Shown here piece by piece: positions 1 to 9,191 of a DNA stretch of 42,185 nt. The DNA lies in assembly GCA_019115725.1 (NCBI GenBank), contig DXCY01000036.1, positions 1-42,185 on the forward strand. The letters are read 5' to 3'. The position numbers and the translations under genes are program-made. The DNA is from Candidatus Luteimonas excrementigallinarum (lineage in GTDB: Bacteria > Pseudomonadota > Gammaproteobacteria > Xanthomonadales > Xanthomonadaceae). Numbering within the stretch: position 1 is the first letter of the stretch; the number at the start of each line of letters is the position of its first letter. The notes under the pieces are model-generated. The model saw only the letters and a list, made by a program, of their open reading frames with translations. It did no database searches and was not told where the DNA came from.

Positions 1-306
1 CACGTGCACCAGCAGGTGCCAGGGCACGAACGACACCAGACCGATGGCGATACCGAATCCCAGCCCCTGGCGCAGCTGGACTTCATCGCTGTGGTGGAGG
101 CGGTAGTAGAGCCAGGTCATCGACAGGCCGATAAGCCCGTAGGCCACCAGGATCCAGCCGAACCGGGCGCTGGCCTCGGCCTGGCTGCGATACAGCGCGG
201 CGTGGGCCACGTAGTCGCCGCGCAGCAGCAGACCGTGCACCACGAGGCCAAGTACCAGCGCGGCCATGCCGACCAGTGCGCTGCAGATCCAGAACCGCTT
301 GCCCAT
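1..306 (-). CDS. Hypothetical integral membrane protein, 3' end outside the window
   Basis: Manual translation from ATG at 306: MGKRFWICSALVGMAALVLGLVVHGLLLRGDY...FGWILVAYGLIGLSMTWLYY...GLGFGIAIGLVSFVPWHLLVHV. Open to the window edge with three hydrophobic segments; absent from the ORF track because there is no stop in the window. Confidence 0.7.
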   Translation of the reverse strand, partial: MGKRFWICSALVGMAALVLGLVVHGLLLRGDYVAHAALYRSQAEASARFGWILVAYGLIGLSMTWLYYRLHHSDEVQLRQGLGFGIAIGLVSFVPWHLLVHV

Positions 307-341
307 CGAAATCCCTGCCTGGCCGTTGCTGCTGGCTGATG

Positions 342-959
342 CTAACGCGTGGCGTCCGGCGGCTCCAGCCGGGCGGCGGCGGCCAGCAGCAGCGGCAGCG
401 GATCGTACGCGCCATCAGCACCATAGACGCCATAGTGCAGGTGGGGCGGCGTGCCGCGTGCGTTGCCGGTATCGCCAACGCTGCCCAGCAGGCTGCCGGG
501 CATCACCAGGTCTCCCGCTGCAAGTCCGGGGGCCCAGTCGTCTAGGTGGGCGTAGTAGTGGCGCTGGCGGGCGGGACCAAGAACCCACACCTGGCGACCG
601 CCCAGCCCGGTGTCGCGGATGGCGGTGACGATGCCGGGCGTGGCGCTGAGCACATCGGTGCCGCGCGGGGCGAAGATGTCGACGCCTTCATGCTGGCGGT
701 CTGCGCCGCGCGGGGCGCCAAAGGTGTCGGCGATGCGCGCGGCCTGCACGTCGCGCACGGGCATGGAGAGGGTGTCGGGAGGAGGCATGCGGGCCAGCTG
801 CCAGCTCATGCGCGGTTTGGCCATGAACGGTTGCTGCCATGCCCAGCCGGCCAGATAGGCCGCGGCCACCAGCAGCACGGCCCACGTGATGAGGGTCCGG
901 GCGGCAGGTGCATAGTCCCTGCGGGTCGGTGGGGGAGTGTGAGGCGATCCTTCCTGCAT
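342..959 (-). CDS. M23 family metallopeptidase
   Basis: HxxxD (HEGVD) and HxH (PHLHYG) zinc motifs, YYAHLD, GDTGNA; N-terminal hydrophobic anchor. Start trimmed from the 342..1097 ORF to the ATG at 959. Confidence 0.88.
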   Translation of the reverse strand: MQEGSPHTPPPTRRDYAPAARTLITWAVLLVAAAYLAGWAWQQPFMAKPRMSWQLARMPPPDTLSMPVRDVQAARIADTFGAPRGADRQHEGVDIFAPRGTDVLSATPGIVTAIRDTGLGGRQVWVLGPARQRHYYAHLDDWAPGLAAGDLVMPGSLLGSVGDTGNARGTPPHLHYGVYGADGAYDPLPLLLAAAARLEPPDATR

Positions 960-1030
960 TGCCTGCACTCTGGGACAGGGGCAATGAATGTGGCGTGGGG
1001 GCGAGATTGCCTCGGGAGAGCAGGTCCATG

Positions 1031-1061
1031 AAAAAGGCCGGCTCCCATGGGGCCGGCCTTT
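1031..1061 (-). terminator. Rho-independent terminator of the HU-like gene
   Basis: aaaggccggc...gccggccttt inverted repeat, with a U-tract on the minus strand downstream of the stop at 1098. Confidence 0.8.
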
Positions 1062-1097
1062 CAGCTTCGCGGGGCGCAGGACCCCGGAGCGGATCAA

Positions 1098-1487
1098 TCA
1101 GGAAGCCGCGTCTTTCAGCTTCTTCAGCGCGCGCACCTTGACCTTCACCGAGGCGGGCTTGGCGGCAAACACCTGCTCTTCCTTGGTGAACGGGTTGATG
1201 CCCTTGCGCTTCGGCTTGGCCGGCACCTTGACCGAGGTGATCTTCAGCATGCCGGGCAGGGTGAACGAGCCGACGCCGCGCTTGCTCAGCGAACCGGCGA
1301 TGGTGTCATCCAGGGCGGAGAGAACAGCGCGCACTTCCTTGGCAGCCAGGCCCGTGCTCTCGGCGAGGTGGGAAATCAGACCAGCCTTGGTCAGCGGCTC
1401 CTTGATTGCCTTGGGAGCTGCGGCCTTGGCGGGTGCTTTCTTCGCAGCGGCCTTCGTGGCCGCCTTCTTCACTGCTTTCTTCGCCAT
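1098..1487 (-). CDS. HU/IHF family DNA-binding protein with Lys/Ala-rich N-terminal extension
   Basis: LTKAGLISHLAE...FTLPGMLKI...RKGINPFTKEEQVFAAKPAS HU signature; N-terminus MAKKAVKKAATKAAAKKAPAKAAAPK. Confidence 0.9.
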   Translation of the reverse strand: MAKKAVKKAATKAAAKKAPAKAAAPKAIKEPLTKAGLISHLAESTGLAAKEVRAVLSALDDTIAGSLSKRGVGSFTLPGMLKITSVKVPAKPKRKGINPFTKEEQVFAAKPASVKVKVRALKKLKDAAS

Positions 1488-1708
1488 GTTTCCTGTTCCG
1501 TATGGAGGTGGAGTGATCAGGCCGATCAGCGTCGGCAGTTGGAATGTAGGACAAGAAAAGGCCGAGGCCAATAGAAAACTGCAAAAAACAGTGCTTTTTC
1601 ATGCATCCGGCGTGTCCGGGGTGCCTTTCCCGGGGTCGGTGGCCGGCAGCCACGCGCGCGTAACGGGCCGGGCCATAGGCTCTGCGTTCCTCTCAACGGA
1701 GCACGCTC

Positions 1709-2143
1709 ATGGGTATTTCACGCAAGGCCACCGCACGCTGGGAAGGCGATCTGAAATCAGGCCGGGGCAGCATCAGCACGCCCACCAGTGGACTGATGCA
1801 GGACACGCCCTACGGCTTCAACAGCCGCTTCGCCGACGGCAAGGGCACCAATCCGGAGGAGCTGATCGCCGCGGCGCATGCCGGCTGTTTCACCATGGCC
1901 CTGGCCAATGCGCTGGCTGAAGCGGGACATCCGGCCGATTCGGTCGACAGCCGGGCCGAGGTGGATCTGTCTACCGAGGGCGGGCCATCGTTGAGCGCCA
2001 TCCGGCTGTTCACCAGGGCCGTGGTACCGGGCATCGAAGAGGCGCAATTCCGGGCGATCGCCGATGACGCCAAGCAGAACTGTCCGGTCTCGCGTGCGCT
2101 GAGCGCGGTGCCGATCACGCTGGAGGCGGAGCTTGGCGGTTGA
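1709..2143 (+). CDS. osmC: OsmC family peroxiredoxin
   Basis: WEGDLKSGRG, SRF, TNPEELIAAAHAGCFTMAL and second Cys in AKQNCPVSRAL. Confidence 0.93.
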   Translation: MGISRKATARWEGDLKSGRGSISTPTSGLMQDTPYGFNSRFADGKGTNPEELIAAAHAGCFTMALANALAEAGHPADSVDSRAEVDLSTEGGPSLSAIRLFTRAVVPGIEEAQFRAIADDAKQNCPVSRALSAVPITLEAELGG

Positions 2144-2244
2144 GCGGGAGCCGGGCGGGAGGGCGCGTGAGCTGGCACGGCTGCGTTTGCGGCTCCGCGG
2201 GACGACATGCATAGTGACCGCCGATTCCGGGGAGGAGTATCTGT

Positions 2245-3939
2245 ATGCGTCGTCTGCTTCCGCTGGTGCTTGCCGGCCTGCTGCTGCAGGGCTGTGATCG
2301 CACCGGGGCTGTCCACACTGCGGAAGAGGGCGTGCGCCTGCTTACCGCAGAGCGCATCCACACCTCCGATCCGGACCGGCCCGTCGCCGAGGCCATGGCC
2401 TGGGATACGGATGGCAGGATCCTGGCCATCGGCAGTGCCGACGAACTGCGGCAGCAGTGGCCCGCGGCTGAAGTGCTGGACATGGGCGGCGCCACGGTGG
2501 TGCCAGGGCTGATCGATGCCCACGGCCACCTGCTGAACTTCGGCTTCTCCCTGATGTGGGCCGACCTGGCGGGTGCGCAGAGCCGGCAGGAAGTGGTTGC
2601 CCGGCTGCAGGACTATGCCCGCGACCTGCCCGGTGACAGCTGGGTGCTGGGCCGGGGCTGGGACCAGAACCTGTGGCCGGAGCGCGAGTTCCCGACCGCT
2701 GCCGATCTGGACGAAGCCTTCCCCGATCGCCCGGTATGGCTGGTGCGGGTGGATGGCCATGCCGGCTGGGGCAATTCCGAAGCAATGCGGCGCGCCGAGG
2801 CGGCCGAGGGTGCGCAATCGCTGGCCGGTGACTGGCAGCCGCAGGGCAGCCGGATCGTCCGTGATGGCGACGCGGCTACCGGGGTCTTCGTAGGCGGCGG
2901 CGCGCGCCGGCTGGTTGAGCGCGTCATCCCCGAGCAGGACGAAGCGCTGCGCGAGCAGGCACTGGAGCGCGCGCTGGCCGCTGCCGTGGCGGTGGGTCTG
3001 ACCGGCGTGCACGACATGGGCGTCTCGCGCGCCGATCTTGCCCTGTTCCAGCGCTTTGCCGACGAAGGGCGTCTGCCGCTGCGGATCGCTGCCTACGCGG
3101 CGGGCGATGGCGATGCGCTGGCCGACCTGTGCGCCAATGGTCTGTACAACCACGATGGCGGTCGCCTGCGCATGCACGGGGTCAAGCTGTTCATCGATGG
3201 CGCCCTCGGCAGCCGCGGAGCCGCCCTGCTGGAGGAGTACGCCGATGAGCCGGGCAACCACGGCCTGCTGGCCTACGCGCCCGAAGCCTACGAAGGCATC
3301 GTCCGCCGCGCCCACGAATGCGGGGTGCAGGTGACCACCCACGCCATCGGTGATCGCGGCAACCGCACGGTGCTCGATACCTACGCGCAAGTGCTGGGCG
3401 ATGCGGTGGATTCCGATCATCGCTGGCGCGTTGAACATGCGCAGATCGTGGCAGTCGAGGACATTCCGCGCTTCGCGGAAATGGGGGTGATCGCCTCCAT
3501 GCAGCCCACCCACGCCACCTCGGACATGCCCTGGGCCGGTGACCGGGTGGGCGAGGAGCGCCTGGCCGGTGCCTACGCGTGGCGCCGGTTTCTGGATGCA
3601 GGCGGGCACCTGGCGCTGGGCTCCGACTTCCCGGTGGAATCGGCGGATCCGCGGCTGGGGCTGTACGCAGCGGTGACGCGCCAGGATCGCGACGGGCAGC
3701 CGCCCGGCGGATGGCTGCCCGACCAGGTGCTAAGCGCCGAAGAGGCCCTGTCCGGCTTCACCGCCGGATCGGCCCGGGCCACCCGCAGCGAGGACGAGAC
3801 CGGCCGCCTGGCCCCGGGCCTGCGCGCCGACTTCGTGGTGCTGGCCGAGGACCCGCTGCAGGTGCCGGCCGCGCAGCTGGACGCGCTGACGGTGCGCTCG
3901 ACCTGGGTGGACGGCGAGGCCGTTTACGAGGCGGAGTAA
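2245..3939 (+). CDS. Amidohydrolase-3 (YtcJ-like) metal-dependent hydrolase, probable lipoprotein
   Basis: PGLIDAHGH, KLFIDGALGSRGAAL, HAIGDRGN, RVEHAQ, MQPTHATSD, GSDFPVE; signal peptide ending in lipobox-like LQGC; GGAGGAG RBS. Confidence 0.9.
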   Translation: MRRLLPLVLAGLLLQGCDRTGAVHTAEEGVRLLTAERIHTSDPDRPVAEAMAWDTDGRILAIGSADELRQQWPAAEVLDMGGATVVPGLIDAHGHLLNFGFSLMWADLAGAQSRQEVVARLQDYARDLPGDSWVLGRGWDQNLWPEREFPTAADLDEAFPDRPVWLVRVDGHAGWGNSEAMRRAEAAEGAQSLAGDWQPQGSRIVRDGDAATGVFVGGGARRLVERVIPEQDEALREQALERALAAAVAVGLTGVHDMGVSRADLALFQRFADEGRLPLRIAAYAAGDGDALADLCANGLYNHDGGRLRMHGVKLFIDGALGSRGAALLEEYADEPGNHGLLAYAPEAYEGIVRRAHECGVQVTTHAIGDRGNRTVLDTYAQVLGDAVDSDHRWRVEHAQIVAVEDIPRFAEMGVIASMQPTHATSDMPWAGDRVGEERLAGAYAWRRFLDAGGHLALGSDFPVESADPRLGLYAAVTRQDRDGQPPGGWLPDQVLSAEEALSGFTAGSARATRSEDETGRLAPGLRADFVVLAEDPLQVPAAQLDALTVRSTWVDGEAVYEAE

Positions 3940-4038
3940 GCGGCCGCGACCCTGCCGATCGTTCGGGGGCGGATGGCACAGGCGTCACCGGGCGCGAATG
4001 GAATAGGTTGTCCACTGGCAAAACCCAGTGGAGGCAGC

Positions 4039-5148
4039 ATGCGGATTCGATCGGCAATGCTGGGCCTGGCGCTGCTCGCCGTGGGAATGGCGGGCACACA
4101 GGCGCAGAACCGGGTGGACCTGTCCGGGCTGGATCGCGGGATGGCCGGGCCGCGCGACCAGGTGCTGGTCCTGGGGTCAGTGCATCTGGCCGAGCATTTC
4201 AACGGGAACTTCGATCCCGCGGTGCTCGACCCCGTGCTGGAGCGGCTCGAGGCGTTTGAGCCGGACGTGATTACGGTGGAGTCGCTGTCGGGCATGGAGT
4301 GCGATCTGTACCGCCGGCATCCGGAGGTGTTTTCGCAGGAGGGCGTGGACCGGTTCTGCTTTGACACCACAGCGGCCCGCGCGGCGACCGGCCTGGATGT
4401 GCCGGCCGCCATTGCCAGCGTCAACGCGATGCTCGACGACTGGCCGGAGGCGCCCACGCCAGGCCAGCGCAGGCGGCTGGCCTCGCTGTTCCTGGCAGCC
4501 GGTGAGCCGGACTCGGCCGTGGTGCAGTGGCTGCAGCTGCCGGAACACGAGCGGCGCGCGGGCGACGGTCTGGACGATACGCTGGCCAGCCTGCTGCGCC
4601 AGCGCGAGTCGCACCCTGGCGAGAGCTATCAGATCGGTGCCCGGCTGGCGGCCAGGCTTGGTCTGGCGCGGGTGCATCCCACCGATGACCACACCGGCAG
4701 CAATCTGGACATTCCGGACGATCAGGTGGAAGCCTACGGCCAGGCGCTGTACGCGGCCTGGCAGACGGCATCGGAGACGAGGGACCCGATCGTCGGCCGC
4801 TCGGCTGCGCTGGCCGGTTCGGGCGACATGATGGGGCTGTACCGGTACGTCAATCTGCCGGCCGTTCGCCAGGCGGTGGCTGAGTCCGACTTCGGTTCCG
4901 CCCTGGCCCATGCGCCATCCCAGCCCTGGGGCCAGATGTACGTCGCTGCCTGGGAAACGCGCAACCTGCGTATGGTCGCCAATATCCGCGCCGCGTTCGC
5001 CGACCGGCCCGGGGCGCGGGTGCTGTCGATCGTCGGTGCCAGCCACAAGCCCTGGTTCGATGACCAGTTCGGGAGGATGCCGGGCGTGGATCTGGTGGAC
5101 GTGGAGCAGGTGCTCGGCCCGTTGCCCGGGCCCGCGGCGGAGCGGTGA
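4039..5148 (+). CDS. Exported DUF5694-like protein (possibly TraB/GumN/EreA-like fold)
   Basis: Sec signal (MRIRSAMLGLALLAVGMAGTQA), VLVLGSVHL, WETRNLRMVANI, SIVGASHKPWF. Start at ATG 4039 after GGAGG. Family assignment from memory of motifs. Confidence 0.65.
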   Translation: MRIRSAMLGLALLAVGMAGTQAQNRVDLSGLDRGMAGPRDQVLVLGSVHLAEHFNGNFDPAVLDPVLERLEAFEPDVITVESLSGMECDLYRRHPEVFSQEGVDRFCFDTTAARAATGLDVPAAIASVNAMLDDWPEAPTPGQRRRLASLFLAAGEPDSAVVQWLQLPEHERRAGDGLDDTLASLLRQRESHPGESYQIGARLAARLGLARVHPTDDHTGSNLDIPDDQVEAYGQALYAAWQTASETRDPIVGRSAALAGSGDMMGLYRYVNLPAVRQAVAESDFGSALAHAPSQPWGQMYVAAWETRNLRMVANIRAAFADRPGARVLSIVGASHKPWFDDQFGRMPGVDLVDVEQVLGPLPGPAAER

Positions 5149-5226
5149 TCACGCCGGGCCGCAGCCGCTCTACAATGAGCGGCTTCGCGTGCCCGCACCG
5201 GGCGGTTGGAAGAGGCCTCAACCCCG

Positions 5227-7827
5227 ATGTCCCCCATTGACCCGAACAAGAGCCGCTGGATCGTCCTCAAATTTGGCGGCACCAGCGTTTCCAAACGCGA
5301 GCGCTGGGACACCATCGGGCGCCTTGCCGCCGAGCGCGCGCAGCGCTGCCAGGCGCGCGCGCTGGTGGTGGTGTCGGCGCTGGCCGGGGTCACCAATGCG
5401 CTGCAGGACATCGCCGATGGCGCCGTGGATGCGCAGCAGGGGTTCGGGCAGCTGGCGCAGCTGCACGCCGATTTCGCCCGCGAGCTGGGGCTGGATGCGG
5501 ACCAGGTGCTGGGCGAACGCTTCGCCGCGCTGCGGGCATTGGCCGAAGACAACCGCGCCGCGGAGCGTCCGCTGGACTGGCAGGCGGAGGTGCTGGCCCA
5601 GGGCGAACTGCTGTCTTCCACGCTGGGCGCCGCCTACCTGCGCACGCAGGGGCTGGATTTCGGCTGGCTGGATGCGCGTGACTGGCTCGATGCCCTCAAG
5701 CTGCCCAACCAGGGCGAATGGACGACGCGCATGGCCGCCACCGGCCGGCGCGAGGCGGATGATGCCTGGCGCCAGCGCTTCGCCGCCCAGTCCGCAGCGC
5801 CCTTCCTGCTGACCCAGGGTTTCATTGCCCGCCACGACGACGGCGGCACCGCCCTGTTTGGACGCAGCGGCTCGGATACCTCGGCGGCGCTGTTTGGCGG
5901 CCGGCTGCGGGCGGAGCGGGTGGAAATCTGGACCGACGTGCCCGGCATGTTCAGCGCCAATCCGCGGGAAGTGCCCGACGCGCGCCTGCTGCAGCGGCTG
6001 GACTATGCCGAGGCCCAGGAAATCACCACCACCGGGGCGCGTGTGCTGCATCCGCGCGCGCTGGGGCCGTGTCGCGAGGCGGGCGTGCCACTGGCGATCC
6101 TGGATACCGCGCGCCCGGACCTGCCCGGCACGGTGATCGATGACGGCGCCGGCAGCGTGCCCGGGGTCAAGGCGATCAGCCGCCGCGGCGGCATCGTGCT
6201 GGTGTCGATGGAAACCGTGGGCATGTGGCAGCAGGTCGGCTTCCTGGCCGACGTGTTCGAGATCTTCCGCGTGCACGGGCTGTCGGTGGACCTGATCGGC
6301 TCGTCGGAAACCAACGTCACCGTGTCGCTGGATTCCAGCGAGAACCTGGTCAGCACCGACGTGCTGGCGCGCCTGTCCGAAGACCTGGCCCGCTGCTGCC
6401 GGGTCAAGGTGATCGCGCCCTGCGCTTCGATCACCCTGGTCGGGCGCGGCATGCGCTCGCTGCTGCACAAGCTCTCCGATATCTGGGCCACCTTCGGCCA
6501 GGAGCGCGTGCACCTGATTTCGCAGTCTTCCAACGACCTCAACCTGACCTTCGTGATCGACGAGGCCGACGCGGACGGCATCCTCGCCACGCTGCATGCC
6601 CAGCTGATCGCCAGCGGCGCCATGCCGGCGCACGAGCAGGGCGTGTTCGGTCCGCGCTGGAACGAGCTGTCGGGCACCGCGCGGGTGCGCGGCACGCCGT
6701 GGTGGCAGGGCGAGCGCGAACGCCTGCTGGCGCTGGCCGCGGAAGGCACGCCGGCCTACGTGCATCACCTGCCCACGGTGCGTGCCCGGGCCCGCGCGCT
6801 GGCGGCGATGGAGCCGGTGGACCGGCGCTTCTACGCGATCAAGGCCAATCCCCATCCGGCGATCCTCGAGGTGCTGGCGGAAGAGGGCTTCGGCCTGGAA
6901 TGCGTGTCGCTGGCCGAGCTGCGTCACGCCCGCGACGCGGTGCCGGGGCTGGAGCACGGCCGGCTGCTGTTCACCCCCAGCTTCGCGCCGATCGACGAAT
7001 ACGCGGCCGCGTTCGAGCTGGGCGCGATCGTGACCCTGGACAATGTGGAAGCGCTGCGGCGCTGGCCGGAGGTATTTCGCGGTCGCAAGCTGTGGCTGCG
7101 GGTGGACCTGGGCCGCGGCGAAGGCCACCACGCCAAGGTCAAGACCGGCGGCGTGGCGTCCAAGTTCGGGCTGCCGGTGGCGCGCATCGATGAATTCCTC
7201 GCCGCCGCGCGCGCGCTGGAGATCCGCATCGACGGCCTGCATGCACACCTGGGCAGCGGCGTGGATACGCCTGAACACTGGCGCTCGGTATGCGATGAGC
7301 TGGGCGGCATTGCCAACCGCATCGGCAGCATCGACACGATCGATATCGGCGGCGGACTGCCGATCCCGTACCGGGTCGAGGATGAACCGTTCGACCTGGA
7401 TGCCTGGAGCGCGGGCATCGCCGAGGTCAAGGCGGCCTATCCGGGCTACCGCATCGCGATCGAGCCGGGCCGATACCTGGTGGCCGAATGCGGCGTGCTG
7501 CTGCTGACCACCACCCAGGTGGTGGAAAAGCACGGCGTGCGCCGCGTGGGCGGCGATGCCGGCATGAACGCGCTGATGCGCCCGGCCCTGTACGAGGCCT
7601 GGCACGACATCCACAACCTCAGCCGCATCGATGATGTCGAACTGCTCGATTTCGACGTGGTCGGCCCGATCTGCGAAACCGGTGACGTGCTCGGCACCGG
7701 CCGCCCGCTGCCCGCGGCCACCGCGCCCGGCGATGTGCTGCTGGTGGCCGACACCGGCGCCTATGGCGTGGTGATGTCCAATACCTACAACCTGCGCGCG
7801 CTGCCGCGCGTGGAGATCATGGAGTGA
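5227..7827 (+). CDS. lysAC: Bifunctional aspartate kinase / diaminopimelate decarboxylase
   Basis: N-terminal KFGGTSV, VVVSALAG, WTDVPG and ACT domains; C-terminal YAIKAN (PLP Lys), HAHLGSG, DIGGG, IEPGRYLV, GPICE. Confidence 0.95.
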   Translation: MSPIDPNKSRWIVLKFGGTSVSKRERWDTIGRLAAERAQRCQARALVVVSALAGVTNALQDIADGAVDAQQGFGQLAQLHADFARELGLDADQVLGERFAALRALAEDNRAAERPLDWQAEVLAQGELLSSTLGAAYLRTQGLDFGWLDARDWLDALKLPNQGEWTTRMAATGRREADDAWRQRFAAQSAAPFLLTQGFIARHDDGGTALFGRSGSDTSAALFGGRLRAERVEIWTDVPGMFSANPREVPDARLLQRLDYAEAQEITTTGARVLHPRALGPCREAGVPLAILDTARPDLPGTVIDDGAGSVPGVKAISRRGGIVLVSMETVGMWQQVGFLADVFEIFRVHGLSVDLIGSSETNVTVSLDSSENLVSTDVLARLSEDLARCCRVKVIAPCASITLVGRGMRSLLHKLSDIWATFGQERVHLISQSSNDLNLTFVIDEADADGILATLHAQLIASGAMPAHEQGVFGPRWNELSGTARVRGTPWWQGERERLLALAAEGTPAYVHHLPTVRARARALAAMEPVDRRFYAIKANPHPAILEVLAEEGFGLECVSLAELRHARDAVPGLEHGRLLFTPSFAPIDEYAAAFELGAIVTLDNVEALRRWPEVFRGRKLWLRVDLGRGEGHHAKVKTGGVASKFGLPVARIDEFLAAARALEIRIDGLHAHLGSGVDTPEHWRSVCDELGGIANRIGSIDTIDIGGGLPIPYRVEDEPFDLDAWSAGIAEVKAAYPGYRIAIEPGRYLVAECGVLLLTTTQVVEKHGVRRVGGDAGMNALMRPALYEAWHDIHNLSRIDDVELLDFDVVGPICETGDVLGTGRPLPAATAPGDVLLVADTGAYGVVMSNTYNLRALPRVEIME

Positions 7828-9191
7828 GCGCGGTGGAGTTCTCGCGTGATGGGGTGAGCACGTTCCGCTTCGTGCGCTGCGGCTTCGATCCGGCCACCGG
7901 CCTGGCCGAGCTGGTCTATGCGTTCGATGACGGCCCCGAGCTGATTGAAAAAGTGACCCTGCCCGGAGCGCCGTTCGCGCTGGATGGCGGGCGTGCCGCG
8001 GCGGCGGAGCAGGCCCTGCGCCTGCTGCACCTGATCGCCGGGGTGAGCTATTACAAAGCGGCGGTGCCGGGGGAGATCCGCATCGATACCTATGCCATCG
8101 ACGCCGCCACCGCGGCGCTGATGGACGAGGTGTACCTGCACGGGCTGGGCGAGTTCGCCTATCGCAACGGGCTGGACCTCCACGGGCGCATCCGCTTCCC
8201 GCATGCGGATGGCCAGACACCCGCGGCTCCGACGCTGGGCCTGCGCCGGCATGCGCTGGTGGCGATTGGCGGCGGCAAGGATTCGCTGGTCTCGATCGAG
8301 GCCCTGCGCGCGCTGGACGTGGAGCAGACCGTGTCGTGGATTGGCGGCTCGCAGCTGATCCGCGCCTGCGCCGCGCATACCGGGTTGGACACGCTCAATA
8401 TCGGCCGCCAGCTGGCGCCGGAGCTGTTCGAATACAACCGCATGGGCGCCTGGAACGGGCACATTCCGGTGACCGCGATCAATTCCGCCATCCTTGCCTT
8501 CGCCGCGGTGGTGCTGGGCGTGGACCAGGTGGTGTTTTCCAATGAGCGCTCGGCCAGCTACGGCAGCCTGATTGAAGGCACGGGCGAGGTGAACCACCAG
8601 TGGTCCAAGGGCTGGGCGTTCGAGCGTGCGTTCGGTGCGCACCTGCAGGCCAACGTGGCTGCGGACCTGCATTACTACTCGCTGCTGCGCCCGCTGAGCG
8701 AGCTGGCGGTGGCGCGGCAGTTCGCCCAGTCCAGCCGCTACGACGCGCATTTTTCCAGCTGTAACCGCAACTTCCACCTGCTTGGCGAGCGCCCGGTGAA
8801 CCGCTGGTGCGGCGTGTGCCCGAAGTGCCATTTCGTGTTCCTGGCGCTGGCGCCGTTCATGCCCAAGCCGCGGCTGGTGGCGATCTTCGGCCGCAACCTG
8901 CTCGATGACGAGGAACAGATTCCGGGCTACGACGCGCTGATGGAGTTCCGTGACCACAAGCCGTTCGAGTGCGTGGGCGAAGCGCGCGAATCGCGGGCGG
9001 CCATGGCCGCGTTGGCGGCGCGCCCCGAGTGGCGCGAGGACGCGGTGGTGAAACGTTTCGCCCGGGTGATCGCGCCGCAGCTGCAGGGCGATGTGCCGGC
9101 CATTGCACCGCTGCTGGTGCCGGCCACTGAGCACCGGGTTCCGGCCCCGCTGTGGGAGCAGCTGCGTGAACGCTTCGCCGCCGGCGATTGA
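7824..9191 (+). CDS. murL: UDP-MurNAc-L-Ala-L-Glu epimerase
   Basis: [64 protein letters not shown]; GTGA overlap with lysAC; directly upstream of a MurD-like ligase. Confidence 0.92.
   Translation: MSAVEFSRDGVSTFRFVRCGFDPATGLAELVYAFDDGPELIEKVTLPGAPFALDGGRAAAAEQALRLLHLIAGVSYYKAAVPGEIRIDTYAIDAATAALMDEVYLHGLGEFAYRNGLDLHGRIRFPHADGQTPAAPTLGLRRHALVAIGGGKDSLVSIEALRALDVEQTVSWIGGSQLIRACAAHTGLDTLNIGRQLAPELFEYNRMGAWNGHIPVTAINSAILAFAAVVLGVDQVVFSNERSASYGSLIEGTGEVNHQWSKGWAFERAFGAHLQANVAADLHYYSLLRPLSELAVARQFAQSSRYDAHFSSCNRNFHLLGERPVNRWCGVCPKCHFVFLALAPFMPKPRLVAIFGRNLLDDEEQIPGYDALMEFRDHKPFECVGEARESRAAMAALAARPEWREDAVVKRFARVIAPQLQGDVPAIAPLLVPATEHRVPAPLWEQLRERFAAGD

Noticed and set aside
2173-2190. Sigma54 promoter TGGCACG...TTGC upstream of the amidohydrolase
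   Set aside because: GG-to-GC spacing is 3 bp too long for the strict -24/-12 geometry.
5218-8220. 1000-aa minus ORF, and likewise 23093..26449 (-), 17833..20661 (+) and 1810..3609 (-)
   Set aside because: Antisense shadows of well-supported genes with no family motifs.
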